A stretch of 64,000 nt of DNA, taken from contig CAVRAY010000001.1 of NCBI GenBank assembly GCA_963719225.1, forward strand, positions 2,592,001 through 2,656,000, in the 5' to 3' direction. The stretch is from Thermoanaerobaculia bacterium. GTDB lineage: Bacteria > Acidobacteriota > Thermoanaerobaculia > UBA5066. The position numbers and the translations under genes were made by a program. The notes below the pieces were generated by a model. That model searched no databases. It had not been told where the DNA came from and saw nothing but the letters and a program-made list of their open reading frames with translations. Below, in pieces: positions 39,423-52,974 of the stretch (the stretch's first letter is position 1; each line of letters begins with the position of its first letter).

Positions 39423-40982
39423 ATGGCGAGCGCATCGTCCACACCCCGTCTCGAAGAGTCCCACGGCGCAAAGCGCGAGGTGAGCGAGGCCCGCGAGAGG
39501 CTGAGAAAGCTCTCACGTGCCGTCGAGCAGAGCCCCGTTTCCGTCGTCATCACGGACACGGACGGCTCGATCGAGTACGTCAACCCGAAGTTCACCCAGG
39601 TCACGGGCTACTCCTCGGACGAGGTGCTCGGGATGAATCCCCGCATTCTGAAATCCGGCGAGGTGTCGCCCGAGGTCTACCGGGAGATGTGGGAGATGAT
39701 CACCGCGGGCCGGGAGTGGCGCGGGGAATTCCACAACCGGAAGAAGAACGGAGAGCTCTTCTGGGAGTTCGCCTCGATCTCGCCAATCTTCGACGAGCGC
39801 GGGCAGATCACGCACTTCGTCGCCGTGAAAGAGGAGATCACCGACCGAAAGCGCACCGAGGAATCGCTCGCGAGGAGTGAGCTCCTCTTCCGTTCGCTCA
39901 TCGAGAACGCCCTCGACATCATCGCGGTCGTGGCGCCTGACGGCGCTGTCCGCTACGTCAGCCCATCCGTCGAACGCCTCCTGGGACACGACCCGGCGCG
40001 CGTCGGCGACCTGAACGTCTTCGACCTCATCCACCCCGACGACCTCGCCCAGGCGAAAGCGAGGTTCCAAAGCACCCTCGAGACGGGCACGCGGTTCGAG
40101 CAGGTCGAGTTTCGGGTCAGGCACGCGGACGGTTCCTGGCGGACCCTGTCGATGATCGGAAAGCCCTCTCCGCCCGAAACGGGCCTTCGCGGGCTGATCA
40201 TCAACGCGCGAGACTTGACGGAAAGCCACGCCCTCGAAGAGCAGCTCCGACAGTCGCAGAAGATGGATGCCGTGGGCCGCCTGGCGGGAGGGATCGCCCA
40301 CGACTTCAACAACGTCCTCACGGTGATCCTCGGTTATGCCGAGCTCGCGGGCACTCGCGACGCGGCGGGCGAGGCTTTGGCTGGTGACCTCGCCGAGATC
40401 CGCAAGGCCGCCGACCGTGCCGGGGCCCTCACGCGGCAGCTGCTCGCCTTCGGCCGCAAGCAGGTCCTTCAGCCCCGCGTCGTCAACCTGAACAAGGTCG
40501 TACGCGACATGGACGGGATGTTCCGACGCGTGATCGGCGAGCACATCGAACTGGTCCTGGCGCTGGAGGAGCGGCTGGGCTTCGTGAAGGCGGACACCGG
40601 ACAGATCGAGCAAGTGCTGCTCAATCTGGTAGTCAACGCGCGAGACGCGATGCCGAACGGCGGGAAGCTGACCATCGAAACCGCCGACGTCGAATTGGAC
40701 ACCACCTCGGCCTTGCGTTTCGAGGCCCCCGCCGGCCCGTACGTCGTCCTGGCCGTGAAGGACACGGGCACCGGCATGGACGCGGCAACGGTGTCCCACA
40801 TCTTCGAGCCGTTCTTCACGACGAAGGAAGCCGGGAAGGGGACCGGGCTGGGCCTCTCGACCGTATACGGTATCGTGAAGCAAAGTGGCGGACACGTTGC
40901 CGTATCCAGCGAGCCTGGCGTGGGAACCGCGCTCAAGGTCTATCTCCCCCGCGTTCAGGAGCCAGACGCTGGAGGCGGGTGA
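39423..40982 (+). CDS. PAS-PAS histidine kinase (CckA-like core) without receiver
   Basis: [35 protein letters not shown]; ends just after YLPRV. Confidence 0.88.
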   Translation: MASASSTPRLEESHGAKREVSEARERLRKLSRAVEQSPVSVVITDTDGSIEYVNPKFTQVTGYSSDEVLGMNPRILKSGEVSPEVYREMWEMITAGREWRGEFHNRKKNGELFWEFASISPIFDERGQITHFVAVKEEITDRKRTEESLARSELLFRSLIENALDIIAVVAPDGAVRYVSPSVERLLGHDPARVGDLNVFDLIHPDDLAQAKARFQSTLETGTRFEQVEFRVRHADGSWRTLSMIGKPSPPETGLRGLIINARDLTESHALEEQLRQSQKMDAVGRLAGGIAHDFNNVLTVILGYAELAGTRDAAGEALAGDLAEIRKAADRAGALTRQLLAFGRKQVLQPRVVNLNKVVRDMDGMFRRVIGEHIELVLALEERLGFVKADTGQIEQVLLNLVVNARDAMPNGGKLTIETADVELDTTSALRFEAPAGPYVVLAVKDTGTGMDAATVSHIFEPFFTTKEAGKGTGLGLSTVYGIVKQSGGHVAVSSEPGVGTALKVYLPRVQEPDAGGG

Positions 40983-41127
40983 GGCCCGATGACGAGTCCG
41001 GTCACCGTCTCCCGTCTGGGACAGCCCAGCTTCCGAGTCTCGCGAGCTTGCGCCCGGACCGCCTGAAGGGTCACGTGCCCGCGGAAGCCCGGGGACGTCC
41101 ACGCATGAGAGACTCCTTGGGTACAGA

Positions 41128-43428
41128 TTGGTGGCTCACCTGACAACTGATGGACCTGGTCCGTTCGAAACGCCGACGCCCCGGCGCGTGCCCTGGACGC
41201 CCTATCTCGTCGCCGGCTTTTCCCTTTTGGTGACCCTCGCCGCGACCTGGCACGTCGCCGACGATGCAAAAACGGCCGAGCGAACCAGATTCGAGAGGCT
41301 GCTTCGGATCACCCGGGACGAGATCGAAGAACGGATGGAGACCTACATCGCGTTTCTTCGCGCCACCCGCGGTCTCTTCACCGCCGCCGAGATGGTCACC
41401 CGGGAGGACTTCCGGATCTTCATGGACCAGGCCGAGCTCCAGGGAACCTATCCGGGAATTCAGGGGGTGGGGATCTCCCGGCGGACCTTCGGGAAGGACA
41501 AGGATGCCCTCGTCGTGGCGATGCGCAAGGAGGTCCCGGACTTTCGGGTGTGGCCGGAGGGACCGCGGGACGAATACGAGCCCGTCGTCTACCTCGAGCC
41601 TCGCGACAGCAGGAACCGGATAGTCATCGGATACGACATGTCGAGCGAGCCCGTGCGGCGGGCCGCGATGGAACGCGCCAGGGACAGCGGCCTCCCGGCC
41701 TCCACGGGAAGGATCACACTCATCTTCGACATCGGATCGGGCAGCCAGGCGGGCTTCATCATCTACCTGGCCCGCTACCGCCGCGGAATGCCGACGGAGA
41801 CCGCGGGCGATCGCCGCGCCGCCCTGGAGGGATTCGTGTACGGCTCCTTCCGCTCCGACGACCTCCTGCACGCCATCCTCATAGCGGACAGACAGCCGGG
41901 CGTCCGCTACGAGGTCTTCGCCGGCCCTGAGACGAAGCCGGAAGCTCTCCTTCACCGATCCGGTTCGGACGGCCCCGGCCCTGAAACGGCGGGCCTGGAG
42001 GGACGAACCTCGTTCGAAGTGGCGGGCTCCACGTGGACGCTTTCCACGGCGGCTGCTCGCGGATTCGACGCCGGCTCGGGCAGGAACCGTGTCGCCCTTT
42101 TCCTGTTGACGGGACTCCTCGTGAGCGGCGCGCTCTTTGCCGTCACGCGCTCGGAGGTGAACGCCCGCCTCGCGGCCGAGAGGGCCGCCGCCGATCTGCG
42201 CAGCGCCGCGACCCAGCAGCGCCGGCTCGAGGAACAGCTCCTCCAGGCGCAGAAGATGGAGGGGATCGGCCGCCTCGCCGGCGGGATCGCGCACGACTTC
42301 AATAACCTGCTCACGGCGATTCTCGGCTATGCGGAGCTGATGGAATCTCAGCTCGGTGACGATGAGGGCCTCAAGTCCGAGCTCCGTGAGATCCGCTCGG
42401 CCGGCGAGCGCGCGGCCGCGCTCACCCGGCAGCTCCTCGCGTTCAGCCGCCGGCAAGTCATGCAGCCGCGGACCCTCGACCTCAACGACGTCGTTTCCGA
42501 CGTCGGGAAGCTGCTCGCGCGGCTCATCGGCGAGGACGTCACGCTCGTGACGCGGCTCGAGCCCGCGCTCGGGAGCGTCGAGGCGGATCCCGGACAGCTC
42601 GAGCAGGTGCTCATGAACCTCGCGGTGAACGCGCGGGACGCGATGCCGAAAGGCGGCACTCTCACCTTCGAGACGGCGAACGCCGTGCTCGACGCCGACT
42701 TCGCCGCGGTCCATCCGGGCGCGGTGCCCGGCGCCTACGTCGTCCTCACAGTCACCGACGGCGGGTCCGGCATGACCGAGGAGGTTCGACGCCACGTCTT
42801 CGAGCCCTTCTTCACGACGAAGGAGAAGGGGAAGGGGACCGGGCTCGGCCTCGCGACCGCGTATGGCATCGTCAAGCAAAGCGGCGGATACATCACCGTG
42901 GACAGCGAAGCGGGCCGCGGCGCGACCTTCCGCATCTACCTTCCGCGCGTCGAAGGCACGGCGACGACTTCGGAGCGGACCAAGAGCCCCTCACTCTCGC
43001 CCACCGGCACGGAGACGATCCTGCTCGTCGAGGACGAGGTCGGCGTCCGCAACCTTTCGGCGTCCGTCCTCAAGACTCAGGGCTATGTCGTTCTGGAGGC
43101 CGCTTCCGGGGACACGGCGCTGGAAGTCGCGCGCTCTCAGCCCGGACCGATTCAGCTCGTCGTGACCGACGTCGTGATGCCGGGAATGAGCGGACGCGAG
43201 CTCTGGGAGCGGCTGCGAATCCTGCGCCCGGACGCCCGGGTCCTCTTCATGTCCGGCTATACGGACGACGTCATCGCCCAGCACGGCGTGCTCGAGCCGG
43301 GGATCGCGTTCCTTCAAAAGCCATTCACGCCATTCGGTCTCGCCGGGAAGGTGCGGGAAGTGCTGGACGCGGCTCCGGAGGCCGGCGCAACGACCCACCC
43401 GAAGTCGTCCCCGGAAGCGAACGCATGA
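41128..43428 (+). CDS. Hybrid histidine kinase: CHASE, HK, REC
   Basis: TM; CHASE YLEP...[21 protein letters not shown]; AHDFNN; receiver TDVVMP; start uncertain. Confidence 0.9.
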   Translation: MVAHLTTDGPGPFETPTPRRVPWTPYLVAGFSLLVTLAATWHVADDAKTAERTRFERLLRITRDEIEERMETYIAFLRATRGLFTAAEMVTREDFRIFMDQAELQGTYPGIQGVGISRRTFGKDKDALVVAMRKEVPDFRVWPEGPRDEYEPVVYLEPRDSRNRIVIGYDMSSEPVRRAAMERARDSGLPASTGRITLIFDIGSGSQAGFIIYLARYRRGMPTETAGDRRAALEGFVYGSFRSDDLLHAILIADRQPGVRYEVFAGPETKPEALLHRSGSDGPGPETAGLEGRTSFEVAGSTWTLSTAAARGFDAGSGRNRVALFLLTGLLVSGALFAVTRSEVNARLAAERAAADLRSAATQQRRLEEQLLQAQKMEGIGRLAGGIAHDFNNLLTAILGYAELMESQLGDDEGLKSELREIRSAGERAAALTRQLLAFSRRQVMQPRTLDLNDVVSDVGKLLARLIGEDVTLVTRLEPALGSVEADPGQLEQVLMNLAVNARDAMPKGGTLTFETANAVLDADFAAVHPGAVPGAYVVLTVTDGGSGMTEEVRRHVFEPFFTTKEKGKGTGLGLATAYGIVKQSGGYITVDSEAGRGATFRIYLPRVEGTATTSERTKSPSLSPTGTETILLVEDEVGVRNLSASVLKTQGYVVLEAASGDTALEVARSQPGPIQLVVTDVVMPGMSGRELWERLRILRPDARVLFMSGYTDDVIAQHGVLEPGIAFLQKPFTPFGLAGKVREVLDAAPEAGATTHPKSSPEANA

Positions 43429-46400
43429 CTGCGAGCCAGACCGCTCCGGTTCCTCCCGAGCCGCTCAGGAGAATTTCGCGGCTCTGCGCGGCGGTCTCGA
43501 TCGCCATCGGAGTCGTCGTCATCGCCGGCTGGCTCTTCCATCTTCCCGTCCTCATGCAGGTGCTGCCCGGCCAGGTGGCGATGGTGCCCAACACGGCGGT
43601 CGGTCTTCTGCTCGCGGGCCTCTCCCTGTGGATGCGCGCGAGCCGAAGCGGCCCTTCGTTCGTCGCGGCCTCTCGTGCAGCGGCAGCGGTGGCCGGTCTC
43701 CTGGGCCTCCTGAATCTGGTCCAGTACGTCTCGGGCAGGAACCTCGGGATCGACGAGCTGCTTTTCCGGGACCCGGCCGGCTTGACGAGCGTCTTCCCCG
43801 GCCGAATGGCGATCCTCACGGCGGTGGGGTTCGTCGCGCTGGCGGGTGCCCTGCTGAGCCTGGACCTGCGATGGGCGCCGTGGACGAGAGACGGGCTGGC
43901 CCTCCTCCCGGGCGTTCTCGCCATGGTCTCGCTGACGGGATACACGTACGGCCTTCGCAGCCTTTCCTGGATCGGCATCTACAAGGGGATGGCGATCCAC
44001 ACCGCGGTGGCCTTCCTGGTCCTGTCGGTCGGTGTGCTTCTCGTACACGCCCGCGGCCTGTCGCGCCTCCTCGTCAGCGACACGGCCGGGGGCGTCGTCG
44101 CCCGGCGGATCCTTCCGGTCGCCCTCCTGGCGCCCTTCATCCTGGGCTGGCTCCGCATCCTGGGTCAGGAACGCGGGCTCTACGGCCAGGAGTTGGGGCG
44201 GGCGTTGTACGCCGTCTTCGACGCCCTCATCCTGGTCGCGATCCTGCTTGGGACAGCCGCGGCGCTCATGCGGGCCGACGAGAAGCGCAGGGCCACCGAG
44301 GAGGCCCTGCGAGCCGCGGAGGGACAATACCAGCTCCTCTTCGAGAACAGCCCCCAGCCGATGTGGGTCGTGGATCGCGAGACCCTCCGGTACCTCGCCG
44401 CCAACGATGCGGCGGTCGAGCACTACGGCTATTCGCGCGACGAGTTCCTGTCGATGAACATCGGACAGCTCCGGCCGGCCGAGGACATCGAAGCGTTGAA
44501 GCGAGCGATTCCCAAGGAGAAGGCCGGGCTCGAGAAGCTGGGGGTCTGGCGGCACCTCAAGAAGGACGGCACCCTCATCAACGTGGAGATCGCGGCGCAC
44601 ACGATCACCTTCGAAGGGCGATCGGCTTTGCTCGTGCTGGCTTACGACGTGACGGACCGGCTCCAGACGGAGGACGCGTTGCGGGCGAGCGAGAAGCGCT
44701 TCCGGAGCTATTTCGATCTCGGCCTGGTCGGGATGGCGATCACGTCCCCGACGAAGGGCATGATCGAGGTGAACGACGAGATCTGCCGGATCCTCGGCTA
44801 CGAGCGACACGAGCTGCTGAAGAAGACCTGGGCGGAAATGACCCATCCCGACGATCTTCCCGCCGACGTCGCGAAATTCGAGCGCGTCCTGTCAGGAGAG
44901 ATCGACGGCTACACGATCGACAAGCGCTGGATCCGGAAAGACGGCCGGATCGTCGACTCGTCCATTTCGGTCAAGTGCGTTCGTCGTGACGACGGTTCCG
45001 TCGATTATTTCGTCGCGCTGGTTCACGACGTCACCGAGCGAAAGCGCGCCGAGGAAGCCCTCCTCGGGTCCGAGCGGAGGTTCTCGCTCGCGTTTCACTC
45101 CAGCCCCGTCCCCACGAGCATCAGCGAGGCCGGCACGGACCGGATCCTCGACGTGAACGAGCAGTTCCTCGCCACGTTCGGATACAAGCGGGACGAAATC
45201 GTGGGCCGCACGTCGGCCGAGATGGGCCTCTGGGCGGAACGGGCGGACCGCGACCGCATCGCCGCCGGACTGGACAAAGGGAACGTGGTGCGCGATGCGG
45301 ACATCCGCATCCGCACCCGCGCCGGCGAGCTGCGCGACGTCGCGGGTTCCGCGGTGAGGGTCGAGCTCGGAAACGTGCCCTGCATCCTGTCGACGTTCAT
45401 CGACATCACCGAGCGCAAGCGTGCCGAGGCGGCTCTTCGGGAGCGCGAGTACCACTTCCGCTCGCTCATCGAGAACGCGCAGGACCTCATCACGATCATC
45501 GACCTGGAAGGCGTGATCCGATTTCAGAGCCCTTCGGTCGCCCGGATTCTCGGGCGCCCTCCGGAGGAATTCGTGGGCAAGAGCGCCTTCGACTTCGTCC
45601 ATCCCGATGACATGCCCGCCGGCAAGAACGCGATACGCCACGCCATCGAGAGCGCGGAATCGCCCCAATTGTGGCTATTCCGGTTTCGACACGCGAACGG
45701 GTCGTGGCGGACGATGGAAGGGATCGGGAAGCTTCTGCCCGGCCAGGGTGCCGCCCAGATCGTCGTCAATTCCCGCGACGTGACGGAGAGCCGGACCCTC
45801 GAAGCGCAGCTCCGCCAGGCGCAGAAGATGGACGCCGTGGGACGGCTCGCCGGAGGGATCGCCCACGACTTCAACAACCTGCTCACCGCCATCATGGGCT
45901 ACACGGAGCTCGCGACCTCGCGTCTGGAGCCGGAGGACCCGTCGCGCGCGGAGCTTTCCGAGATCGCCAAAGCTGCTCATCGCGCGGCCGACCTGACGCG
46001 GCAGCTCCTCGCCTTCAGCCGCAAGCAGGTGCTGCAGCCCCGCGTCATCGACCTGAACCAGGTCGTGAGCGACACGCACAAGATGCTGAGACGGCTCATC
46101 GGCGAGGACATCGAGCTCGTCACGTCGTTGAAGGAGCGCCTGGGCTCGGTGAGCGCCGACACGGGCCAGATCGAACAGGTGCTGGTCAACCTGGCGGTCA
46201 ACTCCCGCGACGCGATGCCGAAGGGAGGAAAGCTGACGATCGAGACTTCGGGAATCGAGTTCGACGAACCCTATTCGATGCCTCATTTCAGCATCCCTGC
46301 CGGGCGCTATGTGCTGCTCGCCGTCAGCGACACCGGGACGGGCATGGATTCCTCGACGTTGAGTCACGTGTTCGAGCCCTTCTTCACGACGAAGGGTGTC

Positions 46401-46954
46401 GGAAAGGGGACCGGCCTCGGCCTTTCGATGGTCTATGGAGTCGTGAAGCAGAGCGGAGGCCACATCACCGTCTACAGCGAGCCCGGCATCGGGACCACGT
46501 TCAAGATCTACCTTCCCCGGGTGGAAGAGCTTCCGGAGAAAGCCTCGCCGGCGAAAGCGCACCAGGCCGGCGGGACGGAAACCGTCCTCGTCGTCGAGGA
46601 CGAGGAAGCCGTACGTCGCCTGAGCTGCAGGTCGCTGGAGGCCCACGGCTACAAGACGCTGCCCGCCGCGAGCGCGAGCGAAGCGCTCCTCCTCTGCGAA
46701 AAGCACGCCGGCGAGATCCATCTCATGCTCACGGACGTCGTCATGCCGCACGTGAGCGGAAAAGAGCTCGCCGAGCGGGCGGCGTCTCTACGGCCCGGGA
46801 TGAAGGTGCTCTTCATGTCGGGCTACACCGACGACGCGATCCTGCACCACGGCGTCCTCGACGCCGGCACGGCCTTCCTCCAGAAGCCCTTCACGCCGCG
46901 CTCCCTGGCGCAGAAAGTCCGGGACGTGCTGGACGCGCCGGCGAAGGCGAACCC

Positions 46955-46958
<4 letters not shown>
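43425..46958 (+). CDS. Hybrid histidine kinase: multi-TM sensor, four PAS, HK, REC
   Basis: ~7 TM helices; four PAS/PAC ending D(V/I)TE/DR; AHDFNN; receiver TDVVMP...QKPF. Confidence 0.92.
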
Positions 46959-48172
<1,214 letters not shown>

Positions 48173-48201
48173 TAGGTCCGCGCGCCTGCGCCGAGGCCAG
48201 G

Positions 48202-50100
48202 ATGAGAATCCTCATCGTCGACGACAACGAGATCAACCGGAAGGTCCTCAGGGCGATGCTTTCGGCCGAGGGTCACGAGGTCGTGGAACGCGTGAACGGC
48301 CTCGAGGGCCTCGAGGCGCTCGAGAGCTCCAACTTCGACGCTCTCGTCTCGGACGTCCTGATGCCCGGGATGGACGGATATCGCCTCTGCTCGGAGATCC
48401 GCCGAAACGAGAAGCTGCGAAACCTCCCAATCGTCGTCTACAGCTCCATCTACGCGTCGCGTGCCGACGAGGAGGTCGCCCTGAACGCCGGTGCCGACCG
48501 GTTCATCTCGAGACCCGCGCCTGCCGCTGCTTTCCTCGAGGTCCTGCGGGAGGCCTGCGGGATGTCGCGTGCCCCGGGCAAGTCCGCTGCACCGTCGGCG
48601 GAACCCGAGGTTCTCAAGGAATACAGCGAGAAGCTCGTTACGAAGCTGAAAGAGAAGAGCCAGGAGCTCGAGACGGTCCGCGTGCGGCTGACCGAGGGCA
48701 ACGCGGATCTCCGCCGGGCGAAGGAGGCTCTGGAAAAGGATGTCTCGGAGAGCAAGCGTCACGAAGAGGAGGTCAAACATCTCGCCTTTCACGATCCGCT
48801 GACCGGATTGCCGAACCGTCTCCTTTTCAGCGATCGTCTCGCCATGGCTCTGAGCCAGGCGCGCCGCCATCGGAAGAAACTCGCCACCTTCTTCATGGAC
48901 ATCGACAATTTCAAGGTGATCAACGACACGCTGGGGCACACCGTGGGCGACAAGCTCCTGCTCCTGGTCACGGAGCGTCTCCGGACCTGTGTCCGGGAAG
49001 AGGACACGCTGGCGCGGTTCGGGGGCGACGAGTTCATCCTTCTCGTCACCGGGATCGCCTCCGAGCACGATGTCGCGACGGTGTCGCAGAAGATTCTCGA
49101 GACGATTCGCGCCCCCTTTCTCCTGGACGGCCGCGAGGTGTCCATCACCATCAGCGTCGGCGCGAGCGTCTTTCCGGTGGACGGCCCGGACCCCGACCTC
49201 CTCGTCCGGAATGCCGACGCCGCCATGTACCGCGCCAAACAGCAGGGCCGGAACAGGTATCAGCTCTTCACGCCCGGGACGAGCGCCGCGTCTCCGGAGA
49301 GGCAGGCGATCGAGAAGCAGCTCCGGAACGCGCTGCGCGCGGGGGAGTTCCTTCTCCACTATCAGCCGATCGTGGACTTGAACGACGGTCAGATCACCGG
49401 CGTCGAGGCGCTCCTGCGCTGGCAGTCGCGGGGCGGCCCCGTTTCGCCGGCGGATTTCATGCCCGTGGCCGAGAACTCCGATCTGATCGTCCCGATCAGC
49501 CGGTGGGTGCTGCGAAGCGCGTGCGCGCAGACCTCTTCCTGGCAGCTCGAAACCAACTCCCGGCTGACCGTCGCGATCAACCTCTCCAGCCGCGTCTTCC
49601 AGCAGACCGATCTGGTGGGTGAGATCTCCGAAGCGCTCGATGAGGCCCAACTCTCCCCCAGCTCCCTCGACCTCGAGATCACCGAGTCGAGCGCGATGCA
49701 GAACGTCGAGTACTCTGCCACCGTTCTTCGGCGCCTGAAGGATCTGGGAGTTCACATCTCCCTGGACGATTTCGGCACCGGGTATTCCTCTCTGAGCTAC
49801 CTCAAGAGACTGCCGATCGATCGGATCAAGATCGATCAATCGTTCGTGCAAAACGTCACGCACGATCCCGACGACTCCGCGATCGTATCGGCCGTGATCG
49901 CCATGACGCACAGACTGAAGCGCGTGGCCGTCGCCGAAGGAATCGAGACGAAACAGCAGCTGTCTTTCCTGCGCGAACAGAGCTGCGACCACGGGCAGGG
50001 CTTTCTCTTCAGCCGCCCGCTCCCCTTTTCAGAGCTCCAGCCGGCTCTCGAACAAAGCCACAGGAACGTCTCGCCCTTCCAACACCTGTTTCTCTCGTAA
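48202..50100 (+). CDS. REC-GGDEF-EAL c-di-GMP enzyme
   Basis: VDDN, SDVLMP; HDPLTGLPNR, RFGGDEF; VEALLRW, DDFGTGYSSL. Confidence 0.94.
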   Translation: MRILIVDDNEINRKVLRAMLSAEGHEVVERVNGLEGLEALESSNFDALVSDVLMPGMDGYRLCSEIRRNEKLRNLPIVVYSSIYASRADEEVALNAGADRFISRPAPAAAFLEVLREACGMSRAPGKSAAPSAEPEVLKEYSEKLVTKLKEKSQELETVRVRLTEGNADLRRAKEALEKDVSESKRHEEEVKHLAFHDPLTGLPNRLLFSDRLAMALSQARRHRKKLATFFMDIDNFKVINDTLGHTVGDKLLLLVTERLRTCVREEDTLARFGGDEFILLVTGIASEHDVATVSQKILETIRAPFLLDGREVSITISVGASVFPVDGPDPDLLVRNADAAMYRAKQQGRNRYQLFTPGTSAASPERQAIEKQLRNALRAGEFLLHYQPIVDLNDGQITGVEALLRWQSRGGPVSPADFMPVAENSDLIVPISRWVLRSACAQTSSWQLETNSRLTVAINLSSRVFQQTDLVGEISEALDEAQLSPSSLDLEITESSAMQNVEYSATVLRRLKDLGVHISLDDFGTGYSSLSYLKRLPIDRIKIDQSFVQNVTHDPDDSAIVSAVIAMTHRLKRVAVAEGIETKQQLSFLREQSCDHGQGFLFSRPLPFSELQPALEQSHRNVSPFQHLFLS

Positions 50101-50111
50101 CGAGCTGTTCG

Positions 50112-51413
50112 TCACGGATAGATCCGGTACAGCATCCGCGGGTACGGGATGCACTCCCTGAGGTGCGGAACGCCGCACATCCACGCGACGAAACGCTCGA
50201 CGCCCATGCCGAAGCCCGAGTGCGGGAACGTGCCGTACTTGCGCACGTCGAGGTACCACTGGAACGCCTCGAGCGGCAGGTCGTGCTGGCGGATGCGCGA
50301 GAGGAGCAGGTCGTGGCCGTGGATGCGCTGCGACCCGCCGATGATCTCGCCGTAGCCTTCCGGGGCGAGCACGTCGAGGCAGAGGGCCAGCTCCGGGTCG
50401 TTCGGGTCGGGCTGCATGTAAAACGCCTTAATGGACGTCGGGTAGCGCGTGACCATGACGGGCGTGTCGAAGCCCTCGGTCAGCGACGTCTCTTCGTCGC
50501 CTCCCAGGTCATCCCCGAAACTCACCGGCATGTTCTTCTTTTGCAGCATCGAGACGGCGTCGCGGTACGAGATCCGGGGGAACCTCTTCGAGACCACGGG
50601 CTCCAGCTTCGCGGCGTCGCGCTCCAGGCGCTTGAGATCTTCCTTCCTTCGGTCGAGGACGCGCGCCGTGATCTCCTTGACGAACTCCTCGGCGAGGTCC
50701 ATGAGGCCGTCGATCTCCAGGAAAGCGACCTCCGGCTCGACCATCCAGAACTCGCGCAGGTGCCGCCGGGTCTTGGACTTCTCGGCGCGGAACGTGGGCC
50801 CGAAGCAGTAGACCTTTCCGAGCGCCGCCGCCGCCGGCTCGAGATAGAGCTGGCCGGACTGCGACAGGTAGGCCTTCTCGTCTTCCGTGTACTGCGTCTC
50901 GAAGAGGTTCGACGTGCCCTCGCAGGCCGCGGGAGTCAGGATCGGGGAATCGATGCGGGTGTAGCCGCGCGTGTAGAAGAAGTCGTGGATCGCGCTCTCG
51001 ACCTCGCTGCGCACCTTGAGGACCGCGACCTGCCTGGCGGACCGCAGCCAGAGGTGCCGCTGCGACATGAGGAAGTCGACCCCGTGCTCCTTCGGCGTGA
51101 TCGGCCAGTCGCGGCAGAGGTCCAGGATCCTCACGTCCGTGACGCCCAGCTCGACGCCGCCCTGTGAGCGCGGATCGGCCTTCACGAGTCCGGTGACCTC
51201 GAGCGTGGATTCCTGCGTCGCGACCGTCGCGGCTTCCCACACGGCTTCGGTCACGTCGGCCTTCGAGACGACGCACTGAAGGTACCCGCTGCCGTCGCGC
51301 AGCACCAGGAACCAGATCTTCCCGCCCTTCCGCCAGTGGTAGAGCCATCCCCTGAGGGTGACGGTCTCGCCGACGTGAGACGGGAGCGCGGAGATGGAGA
51401 GCGAAACTTCCAA
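50112..51413 (-). CDS. asnS: Asparagine--tRNA ligase
   Basis: OB-fold LRGW...LRDGSG; YLSQSGQLYLE; FRAEKSKTRRHL; GFGMGVER. Confidence 0.93.
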   Translation of the reverse strand: MEVSLSISALPSHVGETVTLRGWLYHWRKGGKIWFLVLRDGSGYLQCVVSKADVTEAVWEAATVATQESTLEVTGLVKADPRSQGGVELGVTDVRILDLCRDWPITPKEHGVDFLMSQRHLWLRSARQVAVLKVRSEVESAIHDFFYTRGYTRIDSPILTPAACEGTSNLFETQYTEDEKAYLSQSGQLYLEPAAAALGKVYCFGPTFRAEKSKTRRHLREFWMVEPEVAFLEIDGLMDLAEEFVKEITARVLDRRKEDLKRLERDAAKLEPVVSKRFPRISYRDAVSMLQKKNMPVSFGDDLGGDEETSLTEGFDTPVMVTRYPTSIKAFYMQPDPNDPELALCLDVLAPEGYGEIIGGSQRIHGHDLLLSRIRQHDLPLEAFQWYLDVRKYGTFPHSGFGMGVERFVAWMCGVPHLRECIPYPRMLYRIYP

Positions 51414-51417
51414 GATC

Positions 51418-51675
51418 TTATTTCGGCATCCGGATCCGCCAGTGGTTCAGGACGACGGTCGCCTGCGAGAGGCGGAGGAGCTTGCGGTTCTTCGTCTGGC
51501 TCGCATCGGCGTCGTCCTGCGGCACGATCTGGGAGCGGAGATCACGGGTGAGCTTTTCGAGCTCCTTCGCGAGCGCGTCGACCTCGTGCCTCTCGTACTT
51601 CTTGAGCGTGACGGGGTTGAGGGTCACGTAACCCTCCGAGAGATCCGCTGCCATCTTCCACGCGGGGGCTGCCAT
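51418..51675 (-). CDS. Small helical hypothetical protein (85 aa) upstream of asnS
   Basis: Coding-like composition; CATAAT 6 nt before ATG; 4 nt from asnS start. Confidence 0.7.
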   Translation of the reverse strand: MAAPAWKMAADLSEGYVTLNPVTLKKYERHEVDALAKELEKLTRDLRSQIVPQDDADASQTKNRKLLRLSQATVVLNHWRIRMPK

Positions 51676-51749
51676 GTCGCGATTATGACGTGTTCGAAGA
51701 GCACCTCGAAAACCCTAATCTTCGATACTCTTCGAACGCTGGAGGATCT

Positions 51750-52934
51750 GTGAGCTTTTCCGGAGTCGATTTTCTCGGCATCGAAGACATGCTGTCCGAC
51801 GACGAGCGGGCCGTGCGAGATCTCGTGCGCGCCTTCGTCGACGACGACGTCCTCCCGATCATCGAGGAGTGCGCGTACGAGGGCCGGTTCCCGAAGGAGC
51901 TCGTCCCGAAGATGGCCGCAATGAACCTCTTCGGATCCACGATCGCCGAATACGGCCTCCCGGGACTGAACGGCGTGGCCTACGGGCTCATCAACCAGGA
52001 GCTCGAACGCGGCGACTCCGGGCTGCGCTCCTTCGTTTCCGTCCAGTCCGCCCTCGTCATGTACCCGATCTACACGTACGGCTCCAAGGAGCAGAAAGAC
52101 CGCTGGATCCCGGCGCTCGCCAAGGGCAAGAGCATCGGCTGCTTCGGCCTGACCGAACCAGACTTCGGGTCGAATCCGGCAGGGATGAGGACCATCGCGA
52201 AGAAGGACGGGGACGACTGGATCCTGAACGGCGCCAAGTCCTGGATCACGAACGGCTCGATCGCCGACGTGGCCGTGGTCTGGGCGAAGGTCGGCGACGT
52301 GAACGGACCGGTCCGCGGTTTCCTCGTGGAGCGGGGCATGAAGGGCTTCAGCGCTCCCGAGCACCGCATGAAGATGTCTCTTCGCGCCTCAGTCACGTCG
52401 CAGCTCGTGTTCGAGGACGTGCGGGTGCCCGCCACGAGCGTTCTGGGCGTCGAGGGGCTCAAGGGCCCGCTCTCCTGCCTCACCCAGGCGCGGTACGGGA
52501 TTTCGTGGGGAGGCCTCGGCTCGGCGATGGCGACGTACACGTGCGCGCTCGACTACGCGAAGAGCCGCAAGCAGTTCAAGGACCGCCCGATCGCGTCGCA
52601 CCAGCTCGTCCAGGCCAAGTTCGCCTTCATGATCACGGAGATCACGAAGGGCCAGCTCCTGGCTCTCAGGCTGGGGAGGATGAAGGACGCCGGTACGATG
52701 AAGCCCGAGCACGTCTCGATGGTCAAGCGCAACAACGTCTGGGTCGCGCGCGAGTGCGCAAAGCTTGCACGGGAGATTCTCGGGGCGAACGGGATCGTCG
52801 GCGAATACCCCGTCTTCAGGCATCTCGCGAACATCGAGTCGGTCTACACGTACGAAGGCACGCACGACATCCACACGCTCGTCCTCGGACAGGCGGTGAC
52901 GGGGATTCCGTCGTACAACCCTCCGATGGAGTAA
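51750..52934 (+). CDS. Acyl-CoA dehydrogenase, glutaryl-CoA dehydrogenase-like
   Basis: GGAGG before GTG; ELERGDSGLRSFVSVQ, GCFGLTEPDFGS, YTYEGTHDIH. Confidence 0.9.
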   Translation: MSFSGVDFLGIEDMLSDDERAVRDLVRAFVDDDVLPIIEECAYEGRFPKELVPKMAAMNLFGSTIAEYGLPGLNGVAYGLINQELERGDSGLRSFVSVQSALVMYPIYTYGSKEQKDRWIPALAKGKSIGCFGLTEPDFGSNPAGMRTIAKKDGDDWILNGAKSWITNGSIADVAVVWAKVGDVNGPVRGFLVERGMKGFSAPEHRMKMSLRASVTSQLVFEDVRVPATSVLGVEGLKGPLSCLTQARYGISWGGLGSAMATYTCALDYAKSRKQFKDRPIASHQLVQAKFAFMITEITKGQLLALRLGRMKDAGTMKPEHVSMVKRNNVWVARECAKLAREILGANGIVGEYPVFRHLANIESVYTYEGTHDIHTLVLGQAVTGIPSYNPPME

Positions 52935-52960
52935 AGCCGCTCGGGTCAGCCTTTTACGCG

Positions 52961-52966
52961 TACAAT
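52961..52966 (+). promoter_or_regulatory. -10 hexamer, probable leaderless promoter
   Basis: TACAAT 8 nt before ATG 52975, no SD. Confidence 0.55.
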
Positions 52967-52974
52967 CGCATCGG

